NCBI RefSeq assembly: GCF_900167395.1 | Contig: NZ_FUWK01000038.1 | Span: forward strand, 1-25,668 | DNA from: Nitrosomonas europaea | Lineage (GTDB): Bacteria > Pseudomonadota > Gammaproteobacteria > Burkholderiales > Nitrosomonadaceae | Length of the DNA: 25,668 bases | Direction: 5' to 3' | Shown here: positions 21,226 to 25,668 of the stretch, one piece after another | How the letters are laid out: each line of letters opens with the position of its first letter | How positions within the stretch are numbered: position 1 is the first letter of the stretch | Made by a program: the position numbers and the translations under genes | The notes under the pieces: generated by a model | The model's input: only the letters and a program-made list of their open reading frames with translations | The model's database searches: none | Told to the model about the DNA's origin: nothing

Positions 21226-22185
21226 TCAGCTGCGACTGCCCCGACGTCGTGACCATAGCAGCATCACACTGCCTAACCCGATCAGCAGACTGCTGACGGG
21301 CTCGGGAATAGCTCTGGCTCCAGGATCTCCAGATGCTCCTGCCCCTTCTCCTGCTTCTTCATAATCCCGGCCACCGACTTCTTCAGCGGGAATCGGCGGC
21401 TGGAAGGGATCATTCAGTTCTTTACCGGGAGGAGCATCAAAATATTCCGGCGGAATTCCCTTATCGGGTGGATTGCCTGCAGGACCGGCCGCCTTATCAT
21501 TATCAGGATCATCTCCATCGGGCTTACCGCCGCGATCTGGATCACTTTTATCTTCGTCAGCACGGGTCTCTTCCCGATCCGGGTTTGCACCAGTATTCAT
21601 GCCAGGAGCATTGTTAGCAGGGTCTTTATCAGTATTGTCATCTTTACCTCTCGCGCCATTACCGCCCCCACCACCTCCTCCACCAAGACCGCCTATACTA
21701 TTACCCCTTGCACCGTTTCCATTTCCATCCGCATACGAACGACCGGTATTTCCTGGAGTTGAACCTGCCGGACGGTTAACAGTACCGCTGCCCGAGCCGG
21801 TATGAATAGGATTATTGCCGTTGCGACCATGACTACCTGTAATCTTTTCACTGTCTCCAGCGCTATGGGTAGCATTACCGTAACCACCCTCGCCGGATTG
21901 ATCTTCATATTCGTAGACGGAATCTTCACTGGTAAAAAGGATGCTATCGCCATCGACAGAAAAATCACCAATGCCGCCATGGATGCCGGCAATTTTTACA
22001 CTGTCTTCAACACTCGACATATTCCTGCCGTGACCACCAGTGATGACGCTGCCCGCAGAACCAGCGCGGGTATGAACCCGGCCGTCATCGACAACTCGAT
22101 TCTCCATGAACATTTTCTGTCCGAGGACCAGTGCGGCAGTCAGAAACATTCCTGCATACACTATTCTGGTTGTCGTTTTCTTCAT
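21226..22185 (-). CDS. PEP-CTERM-anchored secreted protein, Gly/Asn/Asp/Pro-rich low complexity
   Basis: From ATG 22185 the product starts MKKTTTRIVYAGMFLTAALVLGQ (signal peptide). The C-terminus is IPEPVSSLLIGLGSVMLLWSRRRGSRS: a PEP motif, a hydrophobic helix and an Arg cluster, which is the exosortase sorting signal. The middle contains ITGGHGRN / ITGSHGRN, GNGARG twice, a GGLGGGGGGGGNG tract, and an acidic Pro/Asp-rich segment. Confidence 0.8.
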   Translation of the reverse strand: MKKTTTRIVYAGMFLTAALVLGQKMFMENRVVDDGRVHTRAGSAGSVITGGHGRNMSSVEDSVKIAGIHGGIGDFSVDGDSILFTSEDSVYEYEDQSGEGGYGNATHSAGDSEKITGSHGRNGNNPIHTGSGSGTVNRPAGSTPGNTGRSYADGNGNGARGNSIGGLGGGGGGGGNGARGKDDNTDKDPANNAPGMNTGANPDREETRADEDKSDPDRGGKPDGDDPDNDKAAGPAGNPPDKGIPPEYFDAPPGKELNDPFQPPIPAEEVGGRDYEEAGEGAGASGDPGARAIPEPVSSLLIGLGSVMLLWSRRRGSRS

Positions 22186-22771
22186 GTCAGAGCTTCCGTA
22201 AAAATATAATGAGCGAAGATAAACACGAATGGAGCATTTTCGTGTCAATGTCGTGCCTGGATTTACCTTTGCTGCCATCTCGGCAATATGGAAAAGCCAT
22301 TAACTCCCCATTAGTTAAGCAACTCTTATGCCACTACCTATATCCATATGATTTGTAACGAATAACAATCAGACGATATCTATCAATACAGGCATTCTGT
22401 AAAAGAAGCTGACAATGATTCAGGCAGATTCAAATTGCTGATTTGAAACAATTGGCGCCGATATATGCGTTATGTGATAAGCGTGACTGAAACAAGCCGC
22501 CGCAAGATTAGTTTCCTCAATCAATGTTTGCAGCTCGGCTAAACACATCTGAATGTCAGATATTTAATTGCGGCATGATCTGGGTATTTTCGGTAGATAG
22601 TCCCAAACCAATTTCTGAAGAACCCAGAGTACAAACAGGCGAAACCAGATGAATCAGCCTGAATACAGGTTTATAGATAGTGTAAAAAAATCAGAAATCC
22701 AGAAATCTGGAAGGTAACTTCATTGATAATGCAAAATTTATCCGAATAGATAATTTTATAAAATCTCAACG

Positions 22772-23743
22772 GTGGTTATCATAGACTGGTCTTTATCTGT
22801 CGACAGGACAATACCCAAACCGCTTCGTATTATTCTGAGAGGAGTGGGGCAGGTATTCTTTTGCTGTAATGCAGTAACCGGCCTGATTTTTTTAATGGCC
22901 CTGTATATTGGAGGAGTGACTGCCGGGCTGGCTGCAACTGCAGGTGTCTTCAGCAGTACGATTGCTGCTCATTTGCTCGGATTTCCGGAAAAGGATATTG
23001 ATGCGGGGCTGTATGGTTTCAACGGAACGCTGGTAGGCCCCTGCCTGTTTCTGTTCCTGGAAAACTCCCCTCAGCTCTGGTTATATGTCGTACTTGCCTC
23101 GATATTGTCAACTATCGTACTGGCAGCATTGATGAGAATCCTGCAACCCTGCGACATTCCTGCCTCAACTGCGCCATTCATCCTGACCTGCTGGATGTTC
23201 ATGGCAGCAGTGTATGCTTTTGACAGCTTTTCACGGGGACCACTTTTGCCGACAGCTGGTATTCCGGTAGAAGCTGCGAATATTTCCATGATACCGGTAG
23301 AAATAGGGTATATGGCTGCTGCCAAAGGAATCAGTGAAGTCATGTTTGCGGACAGTGTTGTCGTGGGCATCCTGTTTCTGGCCGGTATCGCCATCCATTC
23401 GTTGCGGGGCGCAGCTATGGCATTGGCTGGTGCTATTGTCGGTATCGTGATACCCGTTCTTCTGGGCATGGACAAAAGTCTTATTGAAATGGGACTATAT
23501 GCGTTCAATCCTGTACTGGCTATGATGGCAGTAGGGTGGGCGTTTCTCAAACCTTCCGGCAGAAGTATGGGACTGGCTTTTCTGGCAGGTATTTTTACGG
23601 TCATATGTCAGGCCGGCCTGACTGGTTTTCTGACACCACTCGGCCTGCCTGTACTTACTTTTCCTTTCGTACTGGTAATGTGGGTATTTCTGCTCGCTGC
23701 AAGCAGATCAAAATATTGGGAATATCTCAATCAGGGAAAGTGA
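22772..23743 (+). CDS. Urea transporter (UT family channel)
   Basis: The 323-aa polytopic protein contains LRGVGQVFFCCNAVTGLIFLMAL and the duplicated half-motifs LYGFNGTLVG and LYAFNPVLAMMAVG typical of UT channels. The GTG start has a weak RBS, so the start is uncertain. Confidence 0.82.
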   Translation: MVIIDWSLSVDRTIPKPLRIILRGVGQVFFCCNAVTGLIFLMALYIGGVTAGLAATAGVFSSTIAAHLLGFPEKDIDAGLYGFNGTLVGPCLFLFLENSPQLWLYVVLASILSTIVLAALMRILQPCDIPASTAPFILTCWMFMAAVYAFDSFSRGPLLPTAGIPVEAANISMIPVEIGYMAAAKGISEVMFADSVVVGILFLAGIAIHSLRGAAMALAGAIVGIVIPVLLGMDKSLIEMGLYAFNPVLAMMAVGWAFLKPSGRSMGLAFLAGIFTVICQAGLTGFLTPLGLPVLTFPFVLVMWVFLLAASRSKYWEYLNQGK

Positions 23744-23785
23744 GGAGTTACACTTCAAAAATAATCCGGCTGAGCCTGTAACTCC
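23744..23785 (+). terminator. Stem-loop GGAGTTAC-N26-GTAACTCC followed by CTTTA, immediately after the urea transporter stop; weak terminator candidate
   Basis: An 8-bp perfect inverted repeat was read directly. The loop is large and the T-tract is poor. Confidence 0.25.
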
Positions 23786-23890
23786 CTTTACTAGACAGGA
23801 TGTCCGACCAGTCCATCATATTAAATACTCAAGCAACATCCTTCCGCAATTATTGATGATATTACTTGAGTATTAGTACGCTTAAGCTGA

Positions 23891-25357
23891 TCAAAATTTC
23901 AGTTTCAAACCAGCACTTAACCAACGCGGCGCATTTCCACGTGCACCGTCGGCTCCGCGATGGGTAATCTTCTGCTCGTTGAAGATGTTATCTGCGCGAA
24001 AGTACATATCAGCCCACCTACTTAGCGGATATGAGGCTACCAAGTCTACAACGAACAACCCTTGGGTTTTGAGATAGGTATTGTCCACACCCGGTCGACG
24101 AGCGCTGCTAGTCGTATAGGAGCCATCAATATAGCTCAACACAGCAAAAGTATTCCAGTCACCATGTCCTGTACTACCTTCCACGCCTAATTGAAATGAA
24201 GCAACATGTTTAGGGGTATATTCAATAACATCTCCTGCACGAACGCCTGTCGGCAAATCGGAGCCGCCAGTGTATTTTCCATCAGTATAGGTATAGGAAA
24301 AACGTACCGGTACGATTATGGAGTTACCGCGATACAAATCACCGGTTCCACTAAATTCAACCCCATAAACTTCCTTCGATCCGGTCTGTTGAGTACTACC
24401 ATCAACAATTGGTGCTCCTCCCGGAACTGGACTGGAACAAGGATTAGCGAAAAGGCATTGACGCAGAGTGTTCTTGAAGTCAGTGTAGAAACCAATCGCA
24501 TCCGCAGAAAATCTGTTGTTGCGGAACCTTACACCCGCTTCATAGTTTGTACTTGTCTCCCCTTTTGTACCTTTGCCCACACCGTTACCGGGAGGGGCAA
24601 ACCCCTGGTGAACGCCAGTCAGTGCCGTCCATTGCTGATTGATAGCATAATTCACCCCTAAACCTACCCTGGTATTGTTGAGGCTATTGCTCATCCGTGA
24701 ATCGATCTGTGCTTGTGTTGCATTATCAGCAATATTTGCCTTGCTATCGATGCGTTCATGGCGAAGAACTGGAAAAAACATTAAGTTACCTAACGAAATT
24801 TTGTCTCCAATCCAGAAAGACAGCGCATTCAGTTTGCCTTCTGTCGGCACCGCACTGTCAGTTCGCTGATGAACCAGGCTGCCGTTCACTTGCTGGTAAA
24901 AAGCGTTCGATAATCCTTTTACGGCATTTTCCGGTGTTTCCTCGCTATAGCGTACTCCACTGAGAAGCTGATGTTCTAACGGCCCTGTTTTGAAACGATT
25001 ATGTGATTGTATTTGTACGCCCTTAACGGTAAATCTCTGATCATTATTTCCATAGCGTACACCGTTGGCATGCGTGGTATTCCGTGTTCCATGCAGAATG
25101 CCACGCAGTAAGTCTGCATTAGCACCATTATTATTAATAATATCGCTAATACCACCGAGATTGATCCCGTTGATTTGGTTCAGGCGATTATAGTAACGAT
25201 ATGTTTCTGTCCAATAAACGGCTGTATCCAGCGAATGATTTTCATTGAAGCCAAATTGATGCCGTATGCTCGCTGAGCGACGGCCACGGTTCATACGCTC
25301 CAACTCGCTGAGTCCATAGCGACGGTTTTGGTCTTCTCTAAAATCTGCATCAGTCAA
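23891..25357 (-). pseudogene. TonB-dependent receptor remnant: C-terminal beta-barrel only, truncated at its 5' side by an IS insertion
   Basis: The 488-aa frame starts mid-barrel (an artificial TTG start in the track). It has no signal peptide, TonB box or plug. It ends with the typical terminal ...WLSAGLKLKF. The frame is closed by a stop inside the adjacent IS end a few codons upstream. Confidence 0.8.
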
Positions 25358-25668
25358 TCCAAGGTAGCTAACTGTTTAGTCCCACTTTGTGATGGTATGG
25401 ATTGATGATAAAACGTTCAGGTTCGTTTTGCCAGCATTTGATGATGTATTCGTAAGGTGTGAGTCCTCGTAAGGTTTTGAGTCGCCTGGCGAAGTTGTAG
25501 GCATTCAGGAAGCTGTAAAGATGCTCTCGCAACTGTTGATGATTTTCATAATGATAGCGTTTGACGGTTGCTTCCTTGAGGGTGCGGTTCATGCGTTCGA
25601 CTTGACCATTGGTCCAGGGGTGATTTGGCTGGGTCAGGCGATGTTCCGTACCATTTTCCAGGCAGACA
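25358..25668 (-). mobile_element. End of an insertion sequence (rve/DDE transposase type, IS481-like by memory); the element continues beyond the window end
   Basis: The transposase C-terminus reaches to within ~10 nt of the broken receptor frame. The exact IS terminus (about 25358-25367) cannot be fixed without the other end. Confidence 0.7.
25368..25668 (-). CDS. DDE (rve integrase-core) transposase, C-terminal part; the 5' end is outside the window
   Basis: My own translation to the window edge gives VCLENGTEHRLTQPNHPWTNGQVERMNRTLKEATVKRYHYENHQQLREHLYSFLNAYNFARRLKTLRGLTPYEYIIKCWQNEPERFIINPYHHKVGLNS. The TNGQVER block contains the catalytic E region of the rve domain. Confidence 0.85.
   Translation of the reverse strand, partial: VCLENGTEHRLTQPNHPWTNGQVERMNRTLKEATVKRYHYENHQQLREHLYSFLNAYNFARRLKTLRGLTPYEYIIKCWQNEPERFIINPYHHKVGLNS

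Noticed and set aside
21473-21805. Proline-rich 110-aa ORF (PPPPPPPPPRPP) on the plus strand
   Set aside because: It is the mirror image of the Gly-rich (GGN) coding tract of the PEP-CTERM gene on the minus strand. That gene has a proper signal peptide and sorting signal.
22454-22469. Sigma-54-like TGGCGC...TGC upstream of the urea transporter
   Set aside because: The GG and GC dinucleotides are separated by 11 nt rather than the strict 10 nt. The -12 element is not TTGC.
22279-22771. Possible riboswitch (e.g. guanidine/ykkC-type) in the long leader of the urea transporter
   Set aside because: I could not recognise any conserved riboswitch core by eye. It is kept only as something to test with Infernal and is not called as a feature.
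23824-23874. 10-bp inverted repeat AATACTCAAG ... CTTGAGTATT downstream of the receptor remnant
   Set aside because: The stem is AT-rich, the loop is 31 nt and there is no U-tract. Given the local AT-richness this may be chance.

Overview
This is a chromosomal window of roughly 50% G+C. The gene content and order are pyrG/eno/ftsB, sdhCDA, ftsK-lolA-rarA, lolD with a single Lol permease, FecI/FecR/TonB-transducer loci and a PEP-CTERM protein. This fits a betaproteobacterium, possibly a Nitrosomonas-like ammonia oxidiser; the taxonomic call is inference only. Most genes are housekeeping, but three accessory patches stand out. (i) 1-3467 is a FecI-FecR-TonB transducer iron-signalling locus. The receptor frame is open, but both regulators are broken: fecI is frameshifted at a GCGCG tract and fecR is split by a 71-bp partly duplicated insertion. 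(ii) 15985-19177 is a visibly AT-rich two-gene islet wedged between rarA and lolD. It encodes an MBOAT acyltransferase and a membrane-anchored AlgJ/AlgX-like protein with an extra C-terminal domain, with no glycan-synthesis genes nearby. This is the best candidate in the window for an uncharacterised system. (iii) 21226-25668 holds a low-complexity PEP-CTERM secreted protein, a urea transporter behind a ~490-bp AT-rich leader, and a TonB-receptor remnant truncated by an IS element that runs off the window. In addition, sdhB is missing after sdhA, where a signal-peptide ankyrin-repeat protein sits instead. The pyrG-eno spacer contains a 140-bp MITE-like element. I saw no rRNA, tRNA or CRISPR array. 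All family assignments come from motif recognition by eye, not from searches.
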